From the human T2T-CHM13v2.0 reference genome, Homo sapiens: a stretch of 64,000 bases of DNA. Location: the NCBI RefSeq assembly GCF_009914755.1, contig NC_060932.1, one strand, 5' to 3'. A model generated the notes under the pieces. That model saw only the letters and a list, made by a program, of their open reading frames with translations, searched no databases and was not told where the DNA came from. Of this stretch, positions 1-14,397 are shown one piece after another; position 1 is the first letter of the stretch, and each line of letters begins with the position of its first letter. The translations under genes were made by a program, and so were the position numbers.

Positions 1-262
1 TGGGTCTCCGCAGATTTGTTGGTGGCTTATTAAATTCAGGAAGGAAAGGGGAGAGAGAAGTTGAATGTGACTCAAAGCTTACTTGGTTGGGAAACCTGGG
101 AGCAAAACGGGGCCACCAAAACAAAGTGGAAAAATTGCAGTTGCATAAGTTGTAGGGAGAAAGGATAAATACTTTTGATAGTACTATGTTTGTGGCTTTG
201 AGTTGGGGCTGTGTCTGGGAAGGTTCGAAATGAAGCTGGAGTAGTTAAAATATATTAATCTT

Positions 263-781
<519 letters not shown>

Positions 782-1109
782 ATCTTGCTGCTCAACCTTC
801 TGCTACCCAATGTTAAATCCAGACACTTGGGTAACCTTTGATCATATTTGAGACTGAAGTGGCTTTAGAGATACTGAAACTTCACTGTAGTCCCGGCTAG
901 CATATTCATTCATTCGCTAGCTGTTGGCACCTCATACTGAGGTTAACTCTTAGAACAGAATTATCATATTTATTTTTGGTAGTTATTTCAAGTTCTTTCA
1001 GTAGGCTTAAACAGGTTAGTGAGTTTTGCTTTTTTAAGCGCCTAACACAGTATCTGGCACATAGCAGGTACACACACACAAATATATACATACATATATA
1101 TATATATAA

Positions 1110-1333
<224 letters not shown>

Positions 1334-1749
1334 AGGGTACACAAAAATACTGAGTGAAAGAAAATGCTAGATGCAGGAAAGCCCATCCAACCCACCCAGC
1401 TCCTTACTTTGCAGATAAGTTAACCGTAGCCAAGGGAGGTGAAAAGACTTCCAGCTGGAATGGGATCAGACTCAGATTTCCAGATGGTCAGCCATATATT
1501 TTCCCACTGCACCATCCTGCCCCCTGCTGTTTGACTTGTCAAGAAACAGTAGGTGTTTCAAAAGGCAGGGGTTCTTCGAGAACTTCTTGTTCTCTATAGT
1601 TGACGTTCTAAGATCAGATTTGAAGGAAATTTACTTTTTGTGTGTTCCGCTTCACAAAGAAGATATTTTCTGCATTGAGGAGAAAGCCAAACAGATTGCA
1701 TTCTGCTCTAAACATTAAAACCAAGAGATCACAATTTGATTGCCTAAAA

Positions 1750-2287
1750 CCAAATATCCTGATTTAAAAAAGGATTCAAACAGACATTTCTTAAAGAAGA
1801 CATACAGATGGGCAACAGGTACATTGTAAGATGCTCAACATCACTGACCCTCAAAGAAATGCAGATCGAAACCAAAATGAGATGTCATTTCACACATGCT
1901 GGGATGGCTGTTTTAAAAAAACAGAAGACAGCAAGTGTTGGTGGAGATGTGGGGAAACTGGAATCCTTGTATATTGTTGGTGGGAATGTGAAATGGTGCA
2001 GCAGCTATGGAAAACAGTGCAGAGATTCCTCAAAGAATTAAAAATACAAAACATCTCGTGTATCCTATAAATATATACACCTCTGTACCCACAAAAATTA
2101 AAAATTAAAAACAGAACTAGCAAGCCTATTACACAGCATATACCCAAAGGAATTGAAATTAGGGTCTTGAAGAAATATCTGTACTCTCATGTTCATAGCA
2201 ACATTATTCACAATAGCCAGGAAGTGAAAACAACCTAAGTGTCCATAAATGGACGAATGGATAAAGAAAATGTGATCTGTCTATCTG

Positions 2288-2340
<53 letters not shown>

Positions 2341-2848
2341 AAAATACATGACTACTATTCAGCCTTTAAAAAGAAGGAAATCATGCTCTTGCAATAACAT
2401 GGATGAACCTGGAGAACATTACATTAAGCGAAATAAACCAGACACAGAGGGAAGAATACTGCATGATTCCACTTATGTGAGGGCTTCTAAAGTAGTCAAA
2501 CTCATAGAAGCTGAGAGCAGAATGGTGATTGCCAGGTGATGAGAGGAGGGGAAATGGGGAGATGTTGTTCAAAGTGTATCAAGTTTCAATTATGCAACAT
2601 GAGTATGTTCTAGAGATCTGCTGTGTGACACAGTGGCTATAGTTAACAATATGGAATTTTGTACTCTAAAATTTATTAAGAAGGTAGATCTCATGTTAAG
2701 TGTTCTTACCATGAAAACAAACAAAACAGCAAAGACACACAGGAGACTTTGGGAGGTGTTGGGTATGTCTATTACCTTGATTGTGGCAATAGTTTATGGG
2801 TGTATGCATATGACATCATCAAATTATAAATATTTACGGTTCCTTATA
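1750..2848 (+). mobile_element. Old L1 (L1MA/L1MB class) ORF2 end and 3'UTR; resumes about 3750-3790
   Basis: AAAGAAGACATACAGATGG...ATGCTCAACATCACT...; ORF track gives ORF2 C-terminal remnants; tail TATGCCTCAATAAAACTG follows the MER6 insert. Confidence 0.85.
2276..2340. repeat. (TCTG/TCTA)n tetranucleotide STR
   Basis: Direct reading of TCTA repeats with a few TCTG units at the 5' side. Confidence 0.97.
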
Positions 2849-3749
2849 CAGCAGATCCTCTAATAATGTTGTTTCGTTATAATGTTGATGAGGAAAAAAT
2901 AATGTATTCTCAGCCAGGGCCACTGTCTGTGTGGAATCTGCATGTTCCCCCCGTATCTGTGGGGGTTTTCTCTGGGTCCTCCGGTTTCCTCTCACAACCC
3001 AAAGCTGTGCACATTAGGTGAACTTGCATGTCTACATGGTCCCAGTGCATGAGTGTGGGTGTGTGAGTGTGCCCTGCCATAGGATGGTATCCTGTGCAAG
3101 CGTGGGTCCTGCCTTGTGCCCTGAGCTGCTGGATATGCTCAGCCACCTGCGACCCTGAACTGGTACAAGCAGGTTGGAAAATGAATGAATGAATGAATGA
3201 ATGAATGAAGGAAAGTTATGGGTTGGAAAACGAGTGAATGAATAAAAGTTACAGGTTGGAAAATGAATGAATGAATACAAGTTGATTGGAAAAAAAATTC
3301 GTAAGATCTGTGATAATCATACAAATGCACGACAATAAACAAAGAAGTGTTTTGGGAGCCTGTTGTATTTGTAATGGTTTTCAAACTGCGAGGTGGGAGG
3401 AGGTGCTCCTGACAATTTTCGCTTTGCAAACATTTATTCCTTGATTTAACCCACTGCCATTACGACCACTGTGACTTGCTGATTTATCAAAAATTGGATA
3501 AATATGTTACTTGTTTTTATTAATCTTTCTCAAGTGTATATTTCACATTTATTTCAATGGCTAATATTAGGAGTGTTGTAGTGTTTATTTAGAAGTTTGG
3601 TGATGTTTTTATGACCAAATATATGCTGTAGGAACTTGACTCTTGTTTATATCCATCAACTTATGGGAAAATTGGTTTTGTTATACGTTGCTTTGCTTGA
3701 AGTTGCAGTTTCCAAGAAATTATCAACAATATTAAGTGAGGACTTACTA
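2849..3749 (+). mobile_element. MER6 (TcMar-Tigger non-autonomous DNA transposon)
   Basis: Starts CAGCAGATCCTC-TAATAATGTTG, ends AAGTGAGGACTTACTA (imperfect TIRs), TA dinucleotide at both ends, about 900 bp, internal (GAAT)n. Confidence 0.85.
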
Positions 3750-4079
3750 TATATCCATTATGCCTCAATAAAACTGTTTTTTTGTTTTTTTTAATTTGAG
3801 ACCTTTACCCGGGGTCCTGGTGACCAAAATTAAGGCCATGAGGACATTGAGTGATTTGATACATGTATCACCCTCCCAGGCCCCTGTCTCCCTGGGCGGC
3901 CTGCACTGCGCAGTGCCCAGTGACCAGCTGTGCTTGGCCTAAATAAGTGTTTGTGTGGTTGTTGAAATAATGAATAAAAAGTAGAAAGAATACATGCTTA
4001 CTGATGGTTGTCACTGTACAAAAGATAACTGACTTGTGAATTCTTGGAAGTCATTTTTTGTTTTGTTTCTTTGTTTCAG

Positions 4080-4300
4080 GTTCATATTCTAAAGAGAGCA
4101 GGCACTGAGCAAATGTTTGTTGAACTGAACCAATCTGCTAGTTATGGGGACATGACCTCCACTTCATGGTGTTGAACTAAACAAACACATACTTCTCCAG
4201 ACAAATATTAAAACTGGTGAACTTCAAAATAACGTGAAAAGCTCCTATGTTTCCATGCCTCATTATATGCCACAAAAAATCAAATGATAACGAGAACAAA
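4080..4300 (+). other. Candidate non-coding (UTR/lncRNA) exon, 221 nt
   Basis: Branch-like ACTGAC about 4028, long T-rich tract ending TTTCAG|G, donor AAA|GTAGGT at 4301; no long ORF. Confidence 0.5.
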
Positions 4301-4959
4301 GTAGGTTATTTTGTTTGCTATTTAACTTGTGTGCAGGTCTTCACAGAATGAGAGGCATACCAACACTCATGACCCCAGGCTAGTTCTGTTCTTTGCCAGT
4401 GTGTGGTTTGGGAGTTCTGTGAAGTGTTTGCAGTCGCTACTAATAATCCAGGTGACACGGCAAACATTGCAGTTCCCTAGGTCCAGCACAATTAGAGGAG
4501 GGTTCACTCGTAGGCAGCATCTGAGCAACAGGCTCACCAGACTTCAGCCTCTTCACTCCGACTCTTCCACGCTCCAGCTCTCTTCATTAAGATATTCTAG
4601 AAGCAACTGAGGAGTTTCTACAAACATTTTGGAAATTACAGGTAAAATATATGTGTTTTCTTTTCTCCTTGCCTGTTTTATAGGGAATGATAACGAACAT
4701 TTAAGTTTTTATAATTAGGCTTTTTAAAAGGGAGGAGATGTTTAACTTTTATTTAAATGTGAAAGGTTGCTTAATGGTATGGAAAATATGCCAAAGATGG
4801 TAAAGCAAGCAGTGGAAGGCCTGAGCTAAATAACTGTGTCTTGGTTGCTGTGGGGATGGTGAGTGAACCATTTTTCCTGTGAGGCATTTTTGCAGATATT
4901 TGTAAGGTATTGTAGTTTTGAGAGGGAGTTTGGACAGATATCCTCACGGCCTGTACACG

Positions 4960-5300
4960 TGGGCCATGTATACGACTTGTGATTTGATCTTTAAGGCCTG
5001 GGGAAACCCCTGGAGGGTGATGAACAGAACAACAGCATGATCCGTCTTAGGTTTTCCGGAGGAGAGTGGGTCACGTTCGGGCAGGACTGGCTGGAGGCAC
5101 AAAGACCAGTTAGGAGGCTATGGAGACAGTATGATAAAGGATGACTATTAGAGACTGAGAAAGGCCACAGCAAAGAATGTAAAAAGAGTATGGACAAGAT
5201 GAGATGGGGTGGGGACATATTTAGGGACTCAGTCCCCAACTGGGAGAAGGAGAAGTTTAATATGACTCTGTGGTTTCTAACTTGGATGATATTAATTTTT
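4960..5300 (-). mobile_element. L2 fragment
   Basis: GGGAAACCCCTGGAGGGT...AGCATGATCC, AGACCAGTTAGGAGGCTA motifs typical of antisense L2. Confidence 0.65.
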
Positions 5301-5929
5301 CATATTGTTGAGACTGTAATTTTTCATGTTGAATTAGTAACTGTTAAGCCACAAACATATTTGCAGCCGGCAGAATGTAGCTCGAGAGGAGAAGCTTCAG
5401 GGCATCATGGCAGGAGCTTGGGCTGTGGAGGCTGGGGTGGGTCTGCGTTTGAACCCAGCTCCTCCTGGGGGAGTGACTGCAGCCAAGTGCCTCGGAATTC
5501 CTCTTGATGTGAGGGTTGGGACCTCCATCCCCCAGGAGTTTTGGGGATGGGGAAGTTGGGTGAGATATTCTAAGTGAACGCACTCTGAATGTCAGCTATC
5601 ACTTTTTTCTCAGCAGGTCAAGTGGAAGTTTGTTTTCATTTCAGTTAAGGTACGAGTTGTTCTGACTGCTGTGCAGACATTCACACGCCCGCTGCTAGAA
5701 AGCTGGAGCTGGAAGGAGCATCGGGGCCCGCTGAGTCCTCCTTTCTCATGTATGGATGTGGATGTGGAGGCAGGCCCTAAGTCTTAGTGTAGGTGCCGAT
5801 GGTGCAGGTGAGAAGCCCCCTGGTAACTCACTTAGTGCTCTATCTGCTCTTCCACACTCTCCAACATGACGTCACCGGTTTATAAGTGAGAAGCAGGTCA
5901 CAGGTCCCTAAGGTTTCTGCGAGGGAGGC

Positions 5930-6100
5930 AAGCGTTGCGCAGTGGTTCAGAACACCTGCTGCACGGGTTCATCCCGTGCACCTTCTCTCACCTAAGTTTC
6001 TGTTTCTATATCTGTAGGTTGGGAATAATGCTGTGGCTGTGTAAGGCCACAACACACAGTGCTTAGCACATTGTGAGCACTCAACGTAGAAACAGATCTT
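5930..6100 (+). mobile_element. MIR fragment
   Basis: CTAAGTTTCTGTTTCTATATCTGTA core and GTGCTTAGCACA...GCACTCAA tail. Confidence 0.6.
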
Positions 6101-7727
6101 ATTTGCTCTAGGTCTGACAGGCCTAGAGCTTGTCATCCAAGCAGGAGACCCACATGGCCTGCAGCACATTTAGGGCCATCTCTATGTCAATAGCATCCAA
6201 TGGCTTTAGGTGGGGCCTGGACTGGAGCCTCCATGTTGGGGGTGCAGGCAGGGGGCATGTTCTCTCACTCCCCTCGGCATTGGAGACAGGTGCCACTTTG
6301 CAGGCTCGGGGGGTGTGACACAGGATCTGGATGCTAGGGAGACCACAGCCGATGGGGAAAGACCACACAGTGTAAATGGGTGGAAGTGGGGGATATACTG
6401 GGGGGGTGGCCACTGGATGAGCCACCCTGGGAGATTGGTTCCTCAGAAGGGGATCTCTCAGTCTGACCCTATACACTGAAAAAGCAAGTCCATCAAAAGC
6501 TTCTACTATTAGAGCTTCTTAACTAAATCCCTAGTAAACCTCTTTACTTCATTTGGTAAATTCAAAATTAATGGCATAATACTTCCACAAAAATATACCA
6601 TGAAATCATTTTCCTTCTTCTTTTTGGCCAGAGTTTACACGTTTTAAATTTTAAACTCAGATTCTGAGTAAACAAAGTGGTTGTTTAAATTACTTGTCAT
6701 CGACTCCACAGCAATAGGTGTTTAGTTTCTGTTTATATTTATTTTACTTAGTATCTTAGAACCATTTAATAGCAACATAACAGAGCAAAAACAGCACCCT
6801 TAGAAACTTGTATACACAATCAAGACCTGGGCATTACCATGGTTGGAAGGATTCCTTCAGTACAAGGAAATACTAGAGAAGTTTGGCAGGCATGACTTAA
6901 CTGGCCAAGTCATAGAGAAAGTGAACATCACAGATGGTCAGCTTGTAAAAAAGTGAGATGTGGCTTTTCAGATGATTAACTGGCAGAAATGTGCAAACTT
7001 TTGCCGTTGGATTCTTTTACACTAGGTTGACTCACTTAAAGAAGAATTTGAATCATTATCTAACAGAAAAAGATCAATAACAAGCATTATTGCTGGAACA
7101 TTCTATGGATAGACTGCTTTCTATACATGATTGGTGAATATTGTATTTCAATTAATTATATATCCTGATAATATATGAATTAATACTGTGATATCCTGCA
7201 TACAATAACAATAATCAATGGAAATATAGTAAAACAGAAATGAAAATAATTTTGCTTTTCCTTGAGAAGGTATTTCAAATTTTTGTAGTATTTCAGGGAC
7301 ATTAACATAAATGCCACTTATCACAACAAAGTACCTTAGCTACAGAAGGTATATGAAATTGACTGTCAAATGAATGGATGGTCCTCAAACTTGTCTAGAG
7401 AAATATGAGATCCTGACAGTTAAAATTAAGTAATTTAAAGTGAATCAACCTTTAAAAACTCAGCAGCTTTGCTATTACTCAAATGATAAAAACTCCGAAT
7501 TTAAAATTTCATGTCATAGCTATGCTCACATGTAAAACTAGTGAATATGAATATGGGAGCAACATTTTTCATTAAAAAAGGAAAGACTGATCAATTATTG
7601 CTTTTATTAAATTGCATGATTCACATCTGAAGCTATTTAACATTTCAGAGAACGCATGCCTGAGGCTGTAATAACATTTGGTATATAAACCAGTCTGTAG
7701 AATAAGTTAAAAGAAATATTTTAAGTA

Positions 7728-8008
<281 letters not shown>

Positions 8009-8865
8009 TCTTTTAAGTAATATTAGGATTGGTGAAGTATTAGTATAAGTTGATAATTTTCACATTAGATTTCAACATTAATTGATCAAAAATCATTTTT
8101 CTAGCAGGTGCTAGACAGATAGATGGCATCTTCTTTCACATAGAAGAGCAAAGCAGTTTTCCAAAGGTCTTTGAAATTCCCCAGGGAGTTCTGTGCAAAG
8201 ACCACGGAGACAGGTGAATGCCTTCTATTTCTACAGGCTTTAGCCTGAATGGATAATGCAGTTGCTGGTCAACCAGGCAGGCCATATGGAGTCACCCTTT
8301 ACTGAGGCCCCTGGTAGGCCCAGTCCTACAGCAGTCAAAGATGTCCCAGTAATGACTGTAGACTCTTACTCTTAACTTTACATCCTATCATCTGTTCCTC
8401 AAGCCTAAATCAGCTCTTCAGAGAGAGAGAGAGAGGAAAACATAATTTGTTTCCCCCCACACCTCAGAGCAGAAGAGTCAGCCCTCAGGGCTGGCTTCCT
8501 GGTCTCAGGCTCCACTCTGGCTGCTGGTGGCTTCCTAAGGAGATCTGAGATTGGGAACAGGCTGAGAGGGAGGAGGGCCTCTTGTTCCCTTGACCACACA
8601 GGAAATTCCTCAGGGACACGCTCACTCTGTTATGGGCTCCTCAGAGCCTCTCTCAGAAGGAAAGACTGGCAGTGAGTGGAGGGCAGCGAGTCAGGGACCA
8701 TCTCATCTTCTCGGCTCAGTTACCTCCCCGGGTACCCATGTCCACATATGTGATGTAGATAAAATATCTCCCTTGCAGAGGTGCTTGATATTTAAGAGTC
8801 CAGCACATTTTGAATGGCTTACAAGTGTCAGCTATTATTACTATTTGTGTGTGTGTGTGTGTGTG

Positions 8866-9171
8866 GTTTTTTTGTTTGTTTGTTTGTTTGCGATGGGGTC
8901 TTGTTCCTCCCAGGCTGGAATGCAGTGGCGAGATCATAGCTCACTACAGCCTTGAATTCCTCGGCTCAAGTGATCCTCCTCCCTCAACCTCCTGAGTAGC
9001 TGGGATTACAGGTGTACCCCACTGTGCCTGACTAATTTATTTTTTATTTTTTGTAGAGATGAGATCTTACTATGTAGCTTAGGGTGGTCTCAAACTGCTG
9101 GGCTCAAGTGACTCTCCTGCCTCTGCCTCCCAAAGTGTTGGGATTATAGACATGAGCCACCACGCCCGGCC
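8866..9171 (-). mobile_element. AluJ
   Basis: GATCATAGCTCACTACAGCCTTGAATTCC and GGGCTCAAGTGA (J diagnostics); TSD TACTATTTGT; (TG)n and (TTTG)n at the tail. Confidence 0.92.
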
Positions 9172-10201
9172 TACTATTTGTTTTTGACAACCAAAATCTT
9201 CACACCTTGGCCCTAAATCTCAATACATTTGTCTAGCAAATGGAAATAGCAACAAAGGACTAATCCGTGTCAGCAGAAATGTTGGCTATTTCATTAGAAA
9301 TGTGAGTAAACTCATCCCAGGAGCTATTTCAAGTTATGCTGGTGTGAGAGACCGCTGCGGAGTTGTTGCCCAACTCAGATCTCCTCTGGGTGGCACTTGG
9401 CAGCCTCCATCTCTGTCCTGGTATTCATGATCCCGGAATTGTCGGGACTGGTCAGCACAGTGGACAGATGCCATTACAGTGGTGGTCTTCAGTCTCTGGA
9501 GGGCTTTCTTAATGTAAGCTTTTTTACTAGGAGGCTTTCCCTCTTTGGTCATTGCAGGGTCTGAGGATGCCACTAAAAAGAATGTCACCAATTATGGGTG
9601 CCTACCGGGTGCAGGTACTGAGCTCATTTGCTGCAGAGGGGTGGGGTGAGGACTCTGGAGCCAGGGCTTGGGCTGGAAACCTAGATCCAGCACTTCACAG
9701 TGCAAGTGTGGGCGAGTGACCAAGCTCTGTAAAATGAAGTTTCCTCTGGATAAAACACAGAGTGGAAGTACTGAGCTCAGAGGGTTGTTGTGACAATAAA
9801 AGGTGTTCAGTAAGTGTTCGCTGTTGCCACTGTCTCATGGCACCTTCATGATGTCTTGGTGATTGTTTCAGTCCCGTTTCACAGATGACAAAAACAGGCT
9901 CATAGAAGCGGTGGACTCTGTGACACACACTGAATAAGCAGAGAGGCTGTGCTTTGGGGTTAGAGAAGAATTGCAGCTGTTTCCACTCCGAACCTTAGAA
10001 TTCTGTTTCTCCCTAGTTACCAATACACTTTGAGCAAGCCAATTTTATTGGACTTAGAGACCCAGCACACCTGATTGATTCCTTGTGGTGGGAGATGTGA
10101 ATTTCCTAGTCCAGTCTCTTTGAGGATTGAAAGAGCTCAGTGAGAAGCCAGCAGAGTTGGCAAGGTTGTTGATTTCAATAACCTGTGGGCACACATCTGC
10201 A

Positions 10202-10377
10202 GGAATTACAGGTGCACCCCACTGTGCCCAACTAATTTATTTTTTATTTTTTATTTTTTGTAGAGATGAGATCTTACTATGTAGCCTAGGCTGGTCTCAA
10301 ACTGCTGGGCTCAAGTGATTCTCCTGCCTCTGCCTCCCAAAGTGTTGGGATTATAGGCGCGAGCCACCATGCCTGGC
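10202..10377 (-). mobile_element. Partial AluJ, paralogous to 9002-9170
   Basis: Left arm plus start of right arm only, no tail; shares unusual variants with the AluJ at 8866-9171. Confidence 0.9.
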
Positions 10378-10535
10378 ACAGAAGCTGAGAACCACAGCTT
10401 CTCAGAGAGAAGGTGTGAACAGACAGGAGTGTGTCAGTTGCCTGGGATTTACAGGCAGCAGAGACAGAGAGTTTCTGTGGGGCATGTGCTCTTAGGAATG
10501 TCCTGGAGAGAAGTATGCTACCTGTGATCTGCTCA

Positions 10536-10836
<301 letters not shown>

Positions 10837-11084
10837 AAAACCTTAGCTGGCCCAAAGCCCTTTATACTGGTCCATTTGCTCTTACAGATCCACCCAGACA
10901 CCAGGATTGCCTCACCCTGCCATAGAGGGGCATGATGAGAGAAAATCCACAAAGTTCATCAATAGCCCACATGTGGTTAGGGTATGTGAGAAACAAGGCC
11001 CTCACTGTTACTCTCTGGGGGTGGAGAGCGGGGATTGGGGGGATCTGGGTTCTGACTGGCCTGGTCTCTCATCAGACTTACTTC

Positions 11085-11556
11085 CTACATTAGACTTTTA
11101 GGGATGCTGGAACAAAGCACCACAGACTGTGCGGCTTGAAAAACAGACAATGACTGTCTCACAGTCTGGAGGCTGGATGGCTGAGATGAAGGTGTCAGCA
11201 GGGTTGGCTCCTCCTGAGGCTCTGGGGGAGACACTGTCCAGTCTTCTCCCCAGCTCTGCGGGTGTGCTGGCCATCTTTGACATTCCTTGCTTGGGGGAGC
11301 ATCACTCCTGTCTCTGCCTTCATCTTCACACTGGTGTTCTCCCTGTGTCTGTGTCCAAATTTCCTCTTTTATAAGGACACAGCCCAGCTGGATTCGGGGC
11401 CCACCCCACTCCAGGATGACTCCGTCTTAGCCAATCACATCTGCAAAGACTCTATTTTTCAAATATGGTCACATTCTGAGGAGCTGAGGGTTGGACTTCA
11501 ACATATGAATCTGGAGTGGAGCTCAGGGAAGTGGGGCACAGTTCAACCCTTAACAT
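11085..11556 (-). mobile_element. MLT1 (ERVL-MaLR) solo LTR
   Basis: AACAAAGCACCACAGACTG...CTCACAGTCTGGAGGCTGG...GGTCACATTCTGAGG...CACAGTTCAACCCTTAACA. Confidence 0.85.
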
Positions 11557-13229
11557 CTTCCTTTTTCTTAAGAATAATCTTCAACTTCTCTCCACCCCAA
11601 ACTTAATCAGTGTCGTCCTGATAAGAGAGGGAGACGGGAAGACTCAAAAGCCTGCTTCAGAAGGCAGTGAGCTGACCCCAAGCTATTCTAGAGGTTGGTG
11701 AAAGTTAAAGTTTAATGATAAGCCTTCTGTGTTGACTCCTTCCAAATCACTCAAAGGGCAGCTCACGTTTTTGGGGCTGTGTCATCTGAGAAGAGTGAAG
11801 GACCTCACAGGGTAAAGCCCCGCCCCTCCCATTTCCTTCTCCCCCAGGAAGGAGTGGCTAGAGGAATGGGCCAGGCAGGTCAAAGCCATCAGATTTTAGA
11901 ATCTCTACCTGGTGGCTCTCTCCTTCCAGCTGCTTCTCTGAGGGTTGTCTTAGTGGGTTAGTTCTTTTTCTCTGGCATTAGCTGTGGTTTTGTAACCTGA
12001 GGCTGGCCAAGGAGAGCTATAGATGGTGGCTCCCAGCTGAGCTCAGCGCCACTGCTACCACCAGACCCTGAGCCTCCACCCCAGTCATTTGAAAGTGAAA
12101 GAAAGGTAAAAGATATTTAATGCTTACAGATTATTCACAAAGGGCTCAAACCAACAACTAGTAACCCAGAGACAAAACTACTTTAAAGTGTGCTAAGTTA
12201 GACATCACTAAAATGTCGGATGGTACCGAGGCCCAAGGTGCGCTGTGTGGAGCCAGCTGAGGCAGGTGGTGAGGTGAGCCACGAACTCTGAACCTCCCTG
12301 GTGGCAGGGAGCCCGGTGTGAGGTCTGGAAAATAGAGCCAATCAATTCACTTGCAAGTCCTGGCTGCAGTTCTGGGCTCACCCTGAACCCTGGGTGTTCC
12401 CTGATGTTCCTATAGCTGATTTCAATACTCAAGTCACGGTAGTTCAAAGGGCAATTTGACTTTTGCTTGTCCAAAGAAAACTTTTAAAAGAAAAACTCTT
12501 CAATATAGGCAACTATTTTGTCTCTTTTCACCCAAATGCCTATTTGACATGTTTGTCAGTCTCTCAGTCGCGGAATGTGCACTGTTACCATCAGCTAAGG
12601 GCTTTCATTATATTCTGGTAAATGGGCCAGTTTAACCTGGACATCAGTATCTAGGCATCTTTTTTACAGTCTCAGAGCCTAATACCTTTCAGGAAACTAC
12701 AAAAGGCTTTATTTTTAAAGCATAATTCAAAGCTTATCAAAGTCACAGGAATTTCACTTATTATTATGAGACTTCCTGAGGAAAAGTAAAGTAAAAATAT
12801 AGGTAAGCAGGCTTCTAGAACTTTATTTTTTAGCAGGTGGGATGGAGAAGAAAAAAATACTACTACTGGTTTTGAGGTCATTATTTTTTCAGTGTAATGG
12901 ACTTTAAAAGCAATAAGCAATGGGAAGCTGGACCTCACTTTGTAGGTTCAGGGAAAAAAAAATCACCCTTCTTTTGTGTGGTAGAAAACCTCTTGTAAAT
13001 GCATAGATTTGAGACCATGTAACAAAATTCTTGGGTCCTCTGAAGCATTTCTGTAAAATTTATGGAAGAAATGCTTGTGATTGGTGTGATCTGTGATTAC
13101 TTCATTAGATCAGGCTTTGCCTATACATCCAAATGATTTATTTTCTTGTTTATGTGTGTGTTGTGGTTAGGGGAGGTAGAGGGGGATTTGTCTGTAGCCT
13201 AATGCTTGGCACACAGTAGAAGCTTCTCT

Positions 13230-13682
13230 CAGATAATTTTGGCTTCAAACAAAAGCAGCATGAAAAGCAGACACATATATTTCTTTCTTATTAAAAAATG
13301 TGAAATATATAGTCCAGGGCTGGTATGGTGGACCTACAGTGCTAAAACCAGACTCTATTTTTCCATTCTGCTGTGATTGGCTACCATTCCCATGGTCACC
13401 TTATGGTCCATGAAGGCTGCTAGAGCTCCAGCTATTCAACCATTCTAGAACAAGAAGGAGGAAAAGGGGAGAAAAAGGGGACCCCTCTTTATTCATGAGT
13501 CTTGCTGAAGGTACCACATAACACTACTGTTTCCAGCTCAGTGATTGGAACAGTGACATGGTGACAGGTGGCTGCGACAGAGATTGGGAAATATGCATGG
13601 ATTAGGGAAAAAAGTCAGAATCTTTTTATTAAAAAGAAGGGAAGAATACATTTTGAGAGACAGCTAGCAATCCCTGCTACAC
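13230..13682 (-). mobile_element. Old MLT1 (J/K/L class) LTR
   Basis: GTCCAGGGCTGGTATGG, GGCTGCTAGAGCTCCAGC, GATTGGGAAATATG motifs; highly diverged. Confidence 0.55.
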
Positions 13683-14169
13683 TGCCCAAAATAATGTTTG
13701 TTGAATTGAATTGGATCAATTGGCCAGAACTGGTGGTAGTGTTCCTGAGTTATTTTGTTCTTGAGTTATTTTGTTCTTGAGATATTTGGAGATATGTTGT
13801 TGAAGATATTTTATCTTCCTCCTTGAAAAATGGAGTAGGATGTTTCTGTACCTTTAGTGTGATAAGTGTGGGACTTGGGAGACAGAATGCTGACATAAGT
13901 ACTTCTTCAGCTGACACCAACTTACTCTGGGCAAGGACATTAAGACGCTTGTGCTCTTTTATCTTAAGGAAGTTGGGTGTGAACAAGAATGGTGTGAGAC
14001 ACATGCTTTCAAGTTCCCTAGTATGTGCCAGGCACATTGTAAGGTGAAAATGAAGTGCTCTGGTGATGAATGAGAACAATCTGAGGATCTTATCTCTCCA
14101 GTTTCCTCCACATAGTCACCACAGGGGACAAAATCTGGAGAAGCCTCCAGTTCCCTCATGAATTTGGAA

Positions 14170-14397
14170 ATCACTGGCATTATAAATGGTTCCACCACTT
14201 GTTTTTTTGTATGACCAACCAACAATAAGTTATTTAACATTGCTAAGCCTCAGTTTCCTCATCATTAAAATGAGAGTAATAAAAATCCCTATGTTCTGGG
14301 GTTGCTGTGAGGATTTTTAAAAATGCATGTAAAGAGCTTTGCTCCATGCCTGGCACATACTAAATACTCAATAAATATTAGCTGTTCTTATTAATAA
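14170..14397 (+). mobile_element. MIR
   Basis: AAGCCTCAGTTTCCTCATC core; GCCTGGCACATA...CTCAATAAATATTAGCT tail. Confidence 0.85.

Noticed and set aside
13746-13781. 16-bp tandem duplication TGAGTTATTTTGTTCT
   Set aside because: Ordinary slippage duplication with no further structure.
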